This document shows positions 38,782 to 48,709 of a stretch of DNA of 60,673 bases, in pieces (position 1 is the stretch's first letter; every line of letters begins with the position of its first letter). The notes beneath the pieces were generated by a model that saw only the letters and a list, made by a program, of their open reading frames with translations, was not told where the DNA came from and did no database searches. A program made the translations under genes and the position numbers. The DNA is taken from assembly GCA_039586365.1 (NCBI GenBank), contig JBDHKN010000015.1, positions 1 through 60,673 of the forward strand. Direction: 5' to 3'. Source of the DNA: Gemmatimonadota bacterium. GTDB taxonomy: Bacteria; Gemmatimonadota; Gemmatimonadetes; Gemmatimonadales; GWC2-71-9.

Positions 38782-39846
38782 ATGATCCGCCAATTCGAGC
38801 GTGAGGATATCCCTGCCGTCGTGGATTTCCACCGGCGCATTTTCGGGCTGCCCCCGGGGCCACCGCCGCCGCAGGATCTGTATTACACGACGATCTTTTT
38901 CGATCATCCGTGGTACGATCCGGAGATCCGCTCCCTGATGTACGAATCCGACGGTCAGATCGTGGGTTTCATGGGAATCGTGGCGCGGCCGATGAGATTC
39001 AAGGGTGAGCAGATCCGGGTCGCCGTTCCCACCAGATTCATGGTGGACGCGGAGCGAGGTGGGGCTCTGATCGCCGTGCAACTGCTGCGAACGCTGGCGG
39101 CGGGGCCACAGGTCGCGGCTATCAACGATAGCTCCAACGAGGTCATGCGCCAGGTGTGGCTGCGTGCCGGAGCCGATCTCCTGTACGCCAGCAGCATGCA
39201 TTGGATCAGGCCCTTCTTGCCAGCAGAGCGATGGCGGCGGAGCATGCGACAGCGGGGTGGTATCGCTGGCTTCGGCGGACGGTTTGCTTGGCCCCTATCC
39301 CGGGCGAGCGACCTGTTGCTCGACCGGGTAGGCTGGAACGACTTCTCGGTCCCCCCAGATGCGCACGTGGATCCAGATCCCGACGCTGCGGTGCTGCTCC
39401 GGTTGATCGAGAGCGAGAGTGCCAGGTGTCTGCTGAGCCCTGTATACGAAGAGACTACACTCGCATGGCAGCTGGGCGAACTCGAGCGGATGGGTCGGCA
39501 CCGTCGCTTATGCGGCGCGGTCGTGCGGGGCAAGAAGGGGCGAGAGTTGGGATGGTACCTGTACTACCACCAAACGGGTGGGGTCAGTGAGGTCCTGCAG
39601 CTGGTCGCAGTTCCGGGTCAGGAAGACACGGTCGTGGCGGCTCTGCTGGCAGAAGCACACGGGCGCGGTGCCGTAGCTATCCGGGGACGCACCGATGTGA
39701 GGCTGCTAGCGGCCCTGACCAATCAGCGGTGTGTATTCGCCGCCGGTGAGCCCTGGTCCTTGGTCATGACGCAGGACGACGAGTTCCGCAGGATCTTGCA
39801 GGGCAAGGACGCATTCTTTTCACGGCTCGAAGGGGAGTGGTGGTAA
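38782..39846 (+). CDS. GNAT-fold acyltransferase (probable tandem GNAT)
   Basis: IRQFEREDIPAV, GQIVGFMG, FMVD; second GNAT-like half GWYLYY..EVLQL; AAGGAGG RBS before ATG 38782. Confidence 0.7.
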   Translation: MIRQFEREDIPAVVDFHRRIFGLPPGPPPPQDLYYTTIFFDHPWYDPEIRSLMYESDGQIVGFMGIVARPMRFKGEQIRVAVPTRFMVDAERGGALIAVQLLRTLAAGPQVAAINDSSNEVMRQVWLRAGADLLYASSMHWIRPFLPAERWRRSMRQRGGIAGFGGRFAWPLSRASDLLLDRVGWNDFSVPPDAHVDPDPDAAVLLRLIESESARCLLSPVYEETTLAWQLGELERMGRHRRLCGAVVRGKKGRELGWYLYYHQTGGVSEVLQLVAVPGQEDTVVAALLAEAHGRGAVAIRGRTDVRLLAALTNQRCVFAAGEPWSLVMTQDDEFRRILQGKDAFFSRLEGEWW

Positions 39847-40046
39847 GGGGCCGGGACCAAGTCGGCCTCAGTACTGTCAGCCGGCAAATCCGTCGGCTCG
39901 GTTCGTGGCGAGCACGGTCACCTCCACCCTTGTCAAACGCTGATCCACGTGTTTACTAAGGGGGCGGATAGCGACTACTGATGTAGCTGTCCCAACGATG
40001 CCCCTTCACGGGCTGCCATCCGAACTCCCTTCACGGAGGTACGTCC

Positions 40047-43000
40047 ATGAGACTTGATAAACATTTGCATTGTATCAGTGCGGTTGTGCTCACGTCACTG
40101 ATCGTCGGGACCAGCCCACTGCTGGCACAGCAACCCGACTCCGACGAAGCCAAGGCGCTCTCCGGCCTACGATATCGCAATATCGGACCTGCCAACATGG
40201 GAGGTCGGGTGAGTGCTATCCTCGGCATCCCCGGCGATCTCCGGACCTGGTGGTTCGGCGGCGCCGACGGTGGCCTGTGGATGACCAAGAACGGTGGTAC
40301 GACCTTTCAGGGTCAGTGGCAGGACGCCGAGGCCTACTCGGTAGGCGGCGTGACGCTGGCCCCGTCCGATCCCAACGTGCTGTACCTGGGATCCGGTGAA
40401 GGCGACCCACGCAACTCGGTGAGCTACGGTCGCGGTGTGTGGAAGTCCACCGACATGGGCAACACCTGGAAGCACGTCGGGCTCGCGGAGACGGAACGTA
40501 TCAAGCGGGTCAAGGTGCACAGCACGAACCCCGATATCGCCTACGTCTGTGCCATGGGCCGCGAGTGGGGCCCGAACGAAGAACGTGGCGTGTTCCGCAC
40601 CCGGGACGGCGGCGAGACGTGGGAGAAGGTTCTCTACATCGACCAGGACACGGGCTGTTCCGAAATCGACATCAACTGGTCTAATCCCCGGATTCTGTAC
40701 GCCGGCATGTGGACCTTCCGACGCAAGCCGTGGCGCTTCGATGGAGGTGGCAAGGAGACCGCCGTATACAAGACGATCGACGGCGGTGACACTTGGGAGA
40801 AGCTGAATGTGGTGGACGAGCCCATGGCGCGCATCGGGTTGGCCATTGCTCAGAGCCAGCCGAACACCGTGTACGTGATTACTGAGACTCCCACTAAGGG
40901 TACACTGTTCCGCTCTGACGACGGCGGCGCAACGTGGCGCGGAGTCAATGACAATCGCAGTATCAACTTCCGCCCATTCTACTACAGTGAGATCCACGCC
41001 GACCCGACCAACCCCGAAGTGGTTTGGTCACTGTCAGGTGGCTTGTACAAATCCACCGACGGGGGTCGCAGCTTCGAGTCGGTGGGTGGGGGAGTACATG
41101 GCGACCACCAAGCACTGTGGATTGATCCGGAGGACCCGGACCGTGTGCTGTCGGGCTCAGATGGCGGCTATCAGGTGACGTTCGATGGCGGTGAGAACTG
41201 GGACATAATCAACAACGTCACCCTGTCGCAGTACTATCAGATCTTCGTCGACGACCGGGATCCCTACTATGTCTGTGGTGGATTGCAGGACAACGGCAAC
41301 TGGTGTGGTCCGAGCCGCGTGACCGGCGGTGGCATCCGTAAGGACGAGTGGTACACCGTCTCGGGTGGCGACGGCTTTTACGCCGTACCCGTACCTGGCA
41401 AGCCCCATCTGGTCTACTCCAACGCCCAAGGCGGTTATTTCCGCATCACCAACACGAACACCGGTGTCACGCGGTCGATCGAGCCTTACCCGCGCATGCA
41501 CGGTTCGCAGGGCCAGGCCATGTTTAGGGCAAAGTACCGCTTCAATTGGGACGCGCCGATCCACATTTCTCCCCACGATCCCGGCACGGTGTACTGGGGC
41601 GGTAATGTCCTGTTCAAAAGCACCGACGAGGGGCATAGCTGGGACGTAATCAGTCCGGACCTCACCACCAATGACCCGAACAAACAGCTCGACTCCGGGG
41701 GAGAGATCTACCTCGACAACACCGCTGCGGAGTTCCACTGCACCATCCTCACGATAGCCGAGTCGCCGCTCCAGGCCGGAGTGATTTGGGTGGGGACCGA
41801 TGACGGCAACGTGCAGATCACCCGCGACGGGGGTGCGACCTGGACGCAACTGAACGACAACCTGCCCAACTTCCCGGGCGAAGCCTGGGTGTCGAAGATC
41901 GATGCCTCCCACCACGTGCCTGGTCGCGCCTACATCAACGTGGACCAACACCGGCTGGACGACTTCAGCCCCCATGTATGGCGCTGCGACGACTACGGCG
42001 CATCGTGCAGGGATTTGAGTGTGGGCCTTCCCGAAGACGACTACACCAAGGTCATCCGAGAAGACCCGACCAACAGCGACCTGCTCTACGTGGGCATGGA
42101 CAGGGGGCTCTACTTCTCCTGGAACGGTGGACAGACCTGGGTGGACATGCGGCTCAACCTGCCGAGGGTATCGGTCCGCGACATCAAGGTCCAGCAGGAG
42201 TACAACGATCTGGTGGTGGGCACGCACGGCAGGGGAGCATGGATTCTGGATGACCTGGCTGCGGTGCAGCAACTCGCCGAGGCAATGCAGGAAGACCTGT
42301 TCGTGTTCCCGGTGGAAGAGGCCACCCACTGGCAATCCTGGAACTCCGACGCCTCCGCTGGCCAGCGTACCTACATGGGTGAGAACCCGGAGGACGGTGC
42401 CTCGATCAACTTCTATTTAGCCGCCAAGCCCATGGCGGCGGTCAAGGTGCGGATCACGGATGTCAGCGGCGATCTAGTGCGGGAGCTGCAGGTAAGCGAG
42501 GCGGATGCCGGCGTCAATCGCGCCAGTTGGGACTTGCGGCACACCGGGCCCACCCCGCGGCAGGCAGGGGGTCAGACCGGTGGCGGTGGCGGTAGGTTCA
42601 GGGGCAGTATGGGCGCTGCCGCCGTTCCCGGCAGTTACACCGCCACGGTACTGGTCGGCGACGGTGACCTACAAGACGGCACCACATTCCAGGTTCGCGG
42701 GGACCCGCGGATTGAGATGCGGGCAGCCGACTACCAGGCCTGGCACGACGCCTCACAGTCCCTGGTGGACCTCTCCTCTGAGGCCAACCAGATGATGGAC
42801 CAGGTAACCAAGCTCCAGACCCAGTTAGGGAATCTCAAGGAGCAGGTGCGTGATGCCAACGTTGAGAACCGGCCAGCAGTTGCCGCTCAGATCGACACTG
42901 CAATGGCTCAACTCAAGGAGCTGGATAACAAGCTGCAGCGCCCGCCACCCAGAATGGGCTATCGACAGTACCCTCGCCTGAATGAAGAAGTCGGATCGTT

Positions 43001-43193
43001 GCTGCGCAGCGTTGCCGGGACCCAGGCCCTGCCAACCGAGGCTCACATGACCGTTCTGTCTGAGCTGCGGTCGGACGCTGCTGCGCTGGGCCGGGAACTC
43101 GACGGGATTGTTGCTGGTGCGATTCGGGAACTGAACGGCATGCTGGGAGACCTGCCGGCTGTGGTCGTGCCGCGGAGAGAACTCATTCCGTAG
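40047..43193 (+). CDS. Secreted BNR-repeat/VPS10(sortilin)-like putative glycosyl hydrolase
   Basis: YRNIGPANMGGR, Asp boxes, HGDHQALWIDP, GGLQDNG, GTHGRGAWILDD; GGAGG RBS. Confidence 0.88.
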   Translation: MRLDKHLHCISAVVLTSLIVGTSPLLAQQPDSDEAKALSGLRYRNIGPANMGGRVSAILGIPGDLRTWWFGGADGGLWMTKNGGTTFQGQWQDAEAYSVGGVTLAPSDPNVLYLGSGEGDPRNSVSYGRGVWKSTDMGNTWKHVGLAETERIKRVKVHSTNPDIAYVCAMGREWGPNEERGVFRTRDGGETWEKVLYIDQDTGCSEIDINWSNPRILYAGMWTFRRKPWRFDGGGKETAVYKTIDGGDTWEKLNVVDEPMARIGLAIAQSQPNTVYVITETPTKGTLFRSDDGGATWRGVNDNRSINFRPFYYSEIHADPTNPEVVWSLSGGLYKSTDGGRSFESVGGGVHGDHQALWIDPEDPDRVLSGSDGGYQVTFDGGENWDIINNVTLSQYYQIFVDDRDPYYVCGGLQDNGNWCGPSRVTGGGIRKDEWYTVSGGDGFYAVPVPGKPHLVYSNAQGGYFRITNTNTGVTRSIEPYPRMHGSQGQAMFRAKYRFNWDAPIHISPHDPGTVYWGGNVLFKSTDEGHSWDVISPDLTTNDPNKQLDSGGEIYLDNTAAEFHCTILTIAESPLQAGVIWVGTDDGNVQITRDGGATWTQLNDNLPNFPGEAWVSKIDASHHVPGRAYINVDQHRLDDFSPHVWRCDDYGASCRDLSVGLPEDDYTKVIREDPTNSDLLYVGMDRGLYFSWNGGQTWVDMRLNLPRVSVRDIKVQQEYNDLVVGTHGRGAWILDDLAAVQQLAEAMQEDLFVFPVEEATHWQSWNSDASAGQRTYMGENPEDGASINFYLAAKPMAAVKVRITDVSGDLVRELQVSEADAGVNRASWDLRHTGPTPRQAGGQTGGGGGRFRGSMGAAAVPGSYTATVLVGDGDLQDGTTFQVRGDPRIEMRAADYQAWHDASQSLVDLSSEANQMMDQVTKLQTQLGNLKEQVRDANVENRPAVAAQIDTAMAQLKELDNKLQRPPPRMGYRQYPRLNEEVGSLLRSVAGTQALPTEAHMTVLSELRSDAAALGRELDGIVAGAIRELNGMLGDLPAVVVPRRELIP

Positions 43194-43217
43194 CGGCCCG
43201 CTATCCCTACCGACATG

Positions 43218-43250
43218 AAGCGGCGGAGGCCCGGCTGGCCTCCGCCGCTT
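43218..43250. terminator. Probable bidirectional terminator hairpin
   Basis: Perfect 14-bp stem AAGCGGCGGAGGCC-cggct-GGCCTCCGCCGCTT between convergent genes. Confidence 0.7.
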
Positions 43251-43294
43251 GTTGCGTGCACCTGGATCGTCGGTGACCTGCTAGAGCGTGCGAT

Positions 43295-43756
43295 TCACCG
43301 CGGCGTGATGAACAGGTGTGTCCAGTGGCGCTCGAGCAACCCGACTCCGTGATGGGTGAGCGCACAGTTCTCGATGTTCGCCCGGTGGCCCTGGCTGCCC
43401 AGCCAGGCGTCCAACACCGCCTGCGCGGTGGGCTGCCCGGCCGCGATGTTCTCGGCCGCACGCGAGTAGAGGATGCCGGCTGCCGCGAGGCGATCGAACG
43501 GCGAGAGCCCGTCCGGGTTCATGTGATCGAAGAAATCGCGGTCCACCATGTCCTCGCTGTGCCGCTGCGCAACCTCGGCCACTTCGCCGTCCCACTCGAG
43601 CACGGGGCATCCGACGGATTCGCGATGGGCGTTCACCAACTGCGAGAATGTCACGACTTCCGCGTCAGCCGAGGGGCCGAGCGGATTCGAATCGCCGCAC
43701 GCGAAGGCGAGGAAGAGCCCAAAACAGATGACTCGCAGCGGAGAGCGCGGTTTCAC
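43295..43756 (-). CDS. CAP/SCP domain lipoprotein
   Basis: Lipobox AFAC; VNAHR, AQRHSEDM, FFDH, AENIA, WLGSQGHRANI. Confidence 0.9.
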   Translation of the reverse strand: MKPRSPLRVICFGLFLAFACGDSNPLGPSADAEVVTFSQLVNAHRESVGCPVLEWDGEVAEVAQRHSEDMVDRDFFDHMNPDGLSPFDRLAAAGILYSRAAENIAAGQPTAQAVLDAWLGSQGHRANIENCALTHHGVGLLERHWTHLFITPR

Positions 43757-43885
43757 AGGGTGCTCCTGATAGTGACGGCACCAACATAACCGCCCGCGGC
43801 ACGCCGCTTGGTGACGGGCATCACGTAGATCCGACCGGAACAGTGAGAGTCGTCCCGGCTCGATGACCGTCGCTGTTTGCCTCTG

Positions 43886-44896
43886 TCAGTAGACGAAGGC
43901 GCACGCCACGGGAAGGTGGTCGGAATATCCGTCGGCGTGGAAGTTGTCTCCCGTGTAGCTGCGGCTGGGCCGGGGAATCGAGTTGACGTCGCTCGGCACA
44001 TACATCTGATAGTCGTGGCGGATCACCTCGGTAGTGCCGCTCAGCCAGCGGAGCCCATCTTGCTGCAACAAGCCGGGCGAGAGGATCACGTGGTCGATCA
44101 CTTCCCAGCGGTTCTCGAAGACGTATGTGCCGGCGTCACTATCAACGTGGATTGGCCACATGGAGTTGTAGAACGTTCCCGGATCGAGGGATGCTAGATC
44201 TCCCGTGGTCCTGAGGTATTGCCGGACTGAAACGTTGGTGGGCTCGTCGTTCAGGTCGCCCAGCACGACAATGTCGGCGGCGCTGTCCGCCGCGAGCAGC
44301 TGGTCGATACGGTCGCGCAGAGTCGTCGCGGCAACGATGCGATGGGACTCCGGGTTCCCACGAGACGGCCAGTGATTCACAAACACGTGGAACTGGTAGC
44401 TGCTTATAGCGAATTCTGCCTCAACGATATCGCGGGTATTCCCGGCAGCCACGAGAATGAAATCGTGCGAGCGGAGGGTTACCCGCTGGCGATCGTAAAT
44501 GATGGCGCAGTCGATCCCGCGCCGGCTGGGCGAATCCTGCTGAATGATCTCGTACTCTCGCTGGAGCGACGCGAGGCTGGCGACCAGCAGTTCGACCACA
44601 GCACGGTTCTCGATCTCACACAGTCCCAGGATGTCGGGACCTGCACCATCGTTCATGTCCGTGATGACGCGCGCGAGATTGCCGGTCTTGATCGCGAGGC
44701 GCTGTTCCGTCCAAGCCTTGGCGCTGGTTGGCGTAAACTCCTCGTCGCCGTCGACCGACGGGTCGTCCAGCGTGTCAAACAGGTTCTCGACGTTCCAGAA
44801 CGCCAAATGCAGGTCGGAAGACAGTTCTGATTGCTCGGAACATCTGGTAGCCGCCACCAAGGTGAATGCGGCGACTGTGAGGGTGCGTAACAGCAT
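43886..44896 (-). CDS. Secreted endonuclease/exonuclease/phosphatase family protein
   Basis: FWNVENLFD, GLCEIEN, NHWPSR, GDLND, IDH, YSDHLPV. Start reassigned to 44896. Confidence 0.9.
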   Translation of the reverse strand: MLLRTLTVAAFTLVAATRCSEQSELSSDLHLAFWNVENLFDTLDDPSVDGDEEFTPTSAKAWTEQRLAIKTGNLARVITDMNDGAGPDILGLCEIENRAVVELLVASLASLQREYEIIQQDSPSRRGIDCAIIYDRQRVTLRSHDFILVAAGNTRDIVEAEFAISSYQFHVFVNHWPSRGNPESHRIVAATTLRDRIDQLLAADSAADIVVLGDLNDEPTNVSVRQYLRTTGDLASLDPGTFYNSMWPIHVDSDAGTYVFENRWEVIDHVILSPGLLQQDGLRWLSGTTEVIRHDYQMYVPSDVNSIPRPSRSYTGDNFHADGYSDHLPVACAFVY

Positions 44897-45127
44897 ACTG
44901 GTGTCTCCCGGTTTCATGTGCTGCACAAAGTGGCGCGTGACAGGCCCGCAGCCTTCTGCCTGATCCGGCGAATCCCTCCGGGTGCTGCGGCCCCGGTGGA
45001 CTCGACGCCCCGGACTGCTGTGGCCGTGGGGCACCGTGTCAGTTGGCTGCCGAGACCGCCGGTCCGCGTACGCACCCTGCGAGATCCACCGCCGGCTGCT
45101 GTCGGAGACGGATCAAGGTACTGTTCA

Positions 45128-46972
45128 CTAGTATCCACGACGCTTGTCAACCACCGACAACAGCGGCTCTCCGTTCGCGAACCGCCGCAGGTTTTCCCGA
45201 AACAGTAGCCAGAGCCGCTCCATGTGGCCGTCCGAATCTCCTCCGATGTGGGGTGTGATGATGACGTTGGGCATGCCCCACAGTTCATGATCGACCGGCA
45301 ATGGCTCCGGATCGGTCACGTCTAGACCCGCGCCCGCGATGCGACCGTCACGCAGTGCCTGGGTCAAGGCGTCGGTTTCCACGGTGCGGCCACGTCCGAT
45401 GTTGATGAAGAACGCAGTCGGTTTGGTCCTGGCAAAGAACTCGGTGTCGAACATGTCGTCCGTTGCAGGAGTGAACGGGACGCTGTTCACTATGACGTCG
45501 GCTTGAGGAGTCAGCGTGAGCAGCTCGGACGAGAGTCCGACGTACTCCACGAACGGGGGGCCTTCGCGCCGGCTGCCGCGCGTCGCGATCACCCGCATAC
45601 CGATGCCGTGCGCCAGCCGTGCCACCTCGGTGCCGATGCCGCCCAACCCTACCACCAACAAGGTCCGGCCTCTCAGCTCGAGCAACTCGCTGCCGTCACC
45701 CGAATAGGGCGCCGGCCCCGTGAGCGGCGTCGTGTCCCAACGCCTGTCGCGTTGCAGCGAGAGGGCCGTGTGAAGCCGGCGGCTCAACGCCAATACCATC
45801 GCTAGCACGTGCTCGGCGCCACCCGGCGCGAAGATGCGCTGGGCATTGGTGAGCACCACATCGCTTGCCACGAAGCCAGGGATTGCCAGGTATCTCTCAA
45901 CGCCGGCTGCCGGGAGCTGCACCCAGCGGAGTCGCTGCGCGCCGCTCAAGATCTCCGGTGTCAACCACCCCAGGACCGCATCGGCATCCGTCGCTGCTGC
46001 TGCGGCTTGCTGGGGGTCAGCAACCACCACGAGCTCGACACCGGGTGCGACCTGGCCTAGTTGTCCGGTCCGGCCCGGCCACAGGTCGGCAACGACGACC
46101 TTGCTGGGCGGGGTCCATACCGGATCCGTAGCGGTCGGCGTTGCTCCTTCCTCGAGACCCAGCCCGGCTACAAACGCCGTCGCCGGCTGAAGACCCACGA
46201 TTTCATCGAATACTCGGCCCACGGTGCCTGCTGGCAGCAGGGCGAACTCGTCCGCCGTCACCGACCGCAGCACCTGGTCCCGCGTTTCCCCCTCCTTGAC
46301 CGCTGCGGCCACCCGAGTCCTGAGCTGCAGCAGAGCCTGACGAGTGGTAGCCAGCAGGTCCGGCCCACCCACCGGACCCGACCCGGGAACGACCACGCTC
46401 GGATCGAGGCGCTCCAGCCGTTCGAGCGATCGGATCCAAGCGTCCAGCGGTAGCGGTGCCGAGCCGCGGCCCGAGCCGACCAGGTCGCCGGCAAACAACA
46501 CTCCCGAAGTCACCACGAACACGCTCGCAGCACCTCCAGCCGGGGCCCCGTCCACACCGCGCAGTTCCACGCTGCGGCTGCCAGCTGCTAGCGCGATGCT
46601 GGTAGGGAAGGACAGTAGTTGCCCCGAGCCGGTAGCGCCGTGAGATGCAGCTTGCACCAGCCGAGTCATACCTTCCGGTGTCGCTGAATCTGCGGTGTCG
46701 CGACTCCCGTAGGTATGGACGACGAATCGGGCCGGTTTTGCGGCGGATGCACGCACGGCTTCGCGCACTTCTGACCACGTTTCGCCGGAGCCGCCGTCAA
46801 CGATTAGCAGATAGTTGTCGAATTCGACCCACCCTACGTTGTGAGCCGGTGTATTAGTCCGGGCGGGCACCGCCAAGACCCGGACGCCGTCCGCAACTCG
46901 CTGTGGGTTCTGGGCCGCCAGTGGAGTCGCGGCGAGGAGAATGCAGCCAAATACCGTGAGCGCGGGCTTCAT
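45128..46972 (-). CDS. Signal-peptide protein: degenerate metallo-beta-lactamase fold fused to D-2-hydroxyacid dehydrogenase
   Basis: Sec signal (ATPLAA-Q); LLIVDGG, VVHTYGSRD, LFAGDL, VVPGSG; then GLGGIG, NIGRG, DPEPL, TPHIGG. Confidence 0.8.
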   Translation of the reverse strand: MKPALTVFGCILLAATPLAAQNPQRVADGVRVLAVPARTNTPAHNVGWVEFDNYLLIVDGGSGETWSEVREAVRASAAKPARFVVHTYGSRDTADSATPEGMTRLVQAASHGATGSGQLLSFPTSIALAAGSRSVELRGVDGAPAGGAASVFVVTSGVLFAGDLVGSGRGSAPLPLDAWIRSLERLERLDPSVVVPGSGPVGGPDLLATTRQALLQLRTRVAAAVKEGETRDQVLRSVTADEFALLPAGTVGRVFDEIVGLQPATAFVAGLGLEEGATPTATDPVWTPPSKVVVADLWPGRTGQLGQVAPGVELVVVADPQQAAAAATDADAVLGWLTPEILSGAQRLRWVQLPAAGVERYLAIPGFVASDVVLTNAQRIFAPGGAEHVLAMVLALSRRLHTALSLQRDRRWDTTPLTGPAPYSGDGSELLELRGRTLLVVGLGGIGTEVARLAHGIGMRVIATRGSRREGPPFVEYVGLSSELLTLTPQADVIVNSVPFTPATDDMFDTEFFARTKPTAFFINIGRGRTVETDALTQALRDGRIAGAGLDVTDPEPLPVDHELWGMPNVIITPHIGGDSDGHMERLWLLFRENLRRFANGEPLLSVVDKRRGY

Positions 46973-47178
46973 GGGAACTCCGTTTGACACAGGTGACCGG
47001 TGCGGCAAGGGCCGCGGGGCAGCTAGAGCCGTAGTCTACACAGATAACATCTGGACCCCTCTTCGCACAGGCTGGCGCACACCGAGGCGAAGTGGTTTCC
47101 GGAGGAGTGAACCCCACGGGTAGCCAAATAGGCTGCAAGGGTTGAGCTTTGAAATAGCACAGTCAGTGAGGAGGCACC

Positions 47179-47574
47179 ATGTACCGGACCTATTTCAGGA
47201 CTCTGACGGTATCGGTAATACTGCTCGCGGGATGCGCCAGTGGCGTCACACGAAGTGGCGCTCCAACCGGGCAGTCGGACATCCTCACCCGGGAGGAACT
47301 GAGCCATCTGACCGTCACGAGCGCATACGAGGCGATCCAGCAGGAAAGACAGCGTTGGTTCCGGTCCTACCGGGGCAGGGGGTCGCTCACCCTGGGCGAG
47401 AACCCGATCTGGGTGTACGTGGATGGAGTGCGCCGGGGAGAGATTGAGGTGTTGCGCAACATCATGCTCGAGAACGTGGCGCGGCTGGCGTTCGTGAACC
47501 CCCGGGACGCCACGACGAGGTGGGGCACCAACCACACGTCCGGCTGTATCGAAGTGACATTGATCCACCGCTAG
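47179..47574 (+). CDS. Small lipoprotein resembling a TonB-receptor plug domain
   Basis: Lipobox LAGC; ILTREEL, AYEAIQ, VYVDG, ATTRWG..H.SGCIEV; GAGGAGG RBS. Confidence 0.7.
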   Translation: MYRTYFRTLTVSVILLAGCASGVTRSGAPTGQSDILTREELSHLTVTSAYEAIQQERQRWFRSYRGRGSLTLGENPIWVYVDGVRRGEIEVLRNIMLENVARLAFVNPRDATTRWGTNHTSGCIEVTLIHR

Positions 47575-47848
47575 CGGGTTGGGGCGCGCAGCCATCTGCT
47601 TGGCGGTTCAGGTGGCTCGGCTCCCGACTGATGCTGATTGGGTTGTCCCCTATCCGTTCGGTCTCGAGCAGCCGAGTCGCAACTGAGGCAGCATGGGGGG
47701 TGTGAAGCTGAACTGTCGCGGGACCTGGTAGGTTTGGCCGGATCGCCAAGCGAGGTGTGGCGCAAGGTGTCCCACTCATTGCACAGTAGTCGCCCTCCAC
47801 TCGTGCAAGGCCCCCGGCCGCCGTAGTGCCGGAAGTACGGAGAGTGCT

Positions 47849-48103
47849 ATGATGTCCGAGGAACCAGAGCGCATCCCGCAAGAACACTCGCAGTTGGTGC
47901 CGCCGTCCCACCTGCCTCCGATCCCTGTAGGGGCGGGCACACCGGATCCCGCTCCGGAACCACGGCGCCCTGTGAGTGCTCGCGAGCTGGGAATGCTGAT
48001 CCGCCAACGCCTGGCAGACATACTCGACGCAACCGATGCTGCGCTAGCAGCGTTCGTTGGGGAGTTGAAAAGCAAGCGAGGTGAGCACAAGGGGCGGGGT
48101 TAG
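47849..48103 (+). CDS. Hypothetical protein
   Basis: 84 aa ORF with GGAG upstream; Pro-rich N-terminus, helical C-terminus; no recognised motif. Confidence 0.4.
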   Translation: MMSEEPERIPQEHSQLVPPSHLPPIPVGAGTPDPAPEPRRPVSARELGMLIRQRLADILDATDAALAAFVGELKSKRGEHKGRG

Positions 48104-48193
48104 GGGAAGGCACTCGCTCTGTCAGTTGAGCTACGGCAGCCGAGTGGTATCTTGCGGTTGGATGACAGGTTTCCCCCACGGAGGTGGTGATCC

Positions 48194-48709
48194 ATGAAGC
48201 CACTGGCCGATATACCAGCGTATACCAAGGAGCAATGGGACCGCGACAGGGAAGCTGAAGGGCGGGGAGAGGCCCTGCGGTGCCCCAACTGCGACCATGA
48301 TGAGTGGTTCAATCTCATCCCACGTGAAGACCCTCAGCCAGACGAGCGAGTCTGCAAGGTGTGCGGGTTCCGGCAGCAGGCGGACGGCACGCCCGCCTAT
48401 CGCTGCACGCTCACGGCGCACGTGTGTCTCGGGCCTCGGCCCGACGACGGTGAGTGCCCCGAGTGTGGAAGCGTAGTGCCATTCCCGTCCTGGCACCTCT
48501 GTGCGAAAGTCCTGTTGCGGGAGCACATAGGGGAGCGGCCGTGTGCTCTGTGCGGAACAGTGCGGACTGAAGCCCACGTGGTTCCTTGGGCAGTCGAGGC
48601 CGACGACTCCGCTCCCGGTGAAGCGGCGGAGGAGGATGACGTCAGTTGGTGGCGGTTGCTGGATCTCAGTCGCCTGAGAACATTGCGGATGCGGTGGTGG
48701 GAACGGTGA
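48194..48709 (+). CDS. Cys-rich multi-zinc-ribbon hypothetical protein
   Basis: Four CxxC pairs (CPNC, CKVC, CPEC, CALC), 11 Cys in total; GGAGG RBS. Confidence 0.7.
   Translation: MKPLADIPAYTKEQWDRDREAEGRGEALRCPNCDHDEWFNLIPREDPQPDERVCKVCGFRQQADGTPAYRCTLTAHVCLGPRPDDGECPECGSVVPFPSWHLCAKVLLREHIGERPCALCGTVRTEAHVVPWAVEADDSAPGEAAEEDDVSWWRLLDLSRLRTLRMRWWER

Noticed and set aside
33261..42335. Long antisense ORFs (33261-34340, 41157-42335; also 55942-57087)
   Set aside because: They overlap well-supported genes and lack motifs; expected in high-GC DNA.
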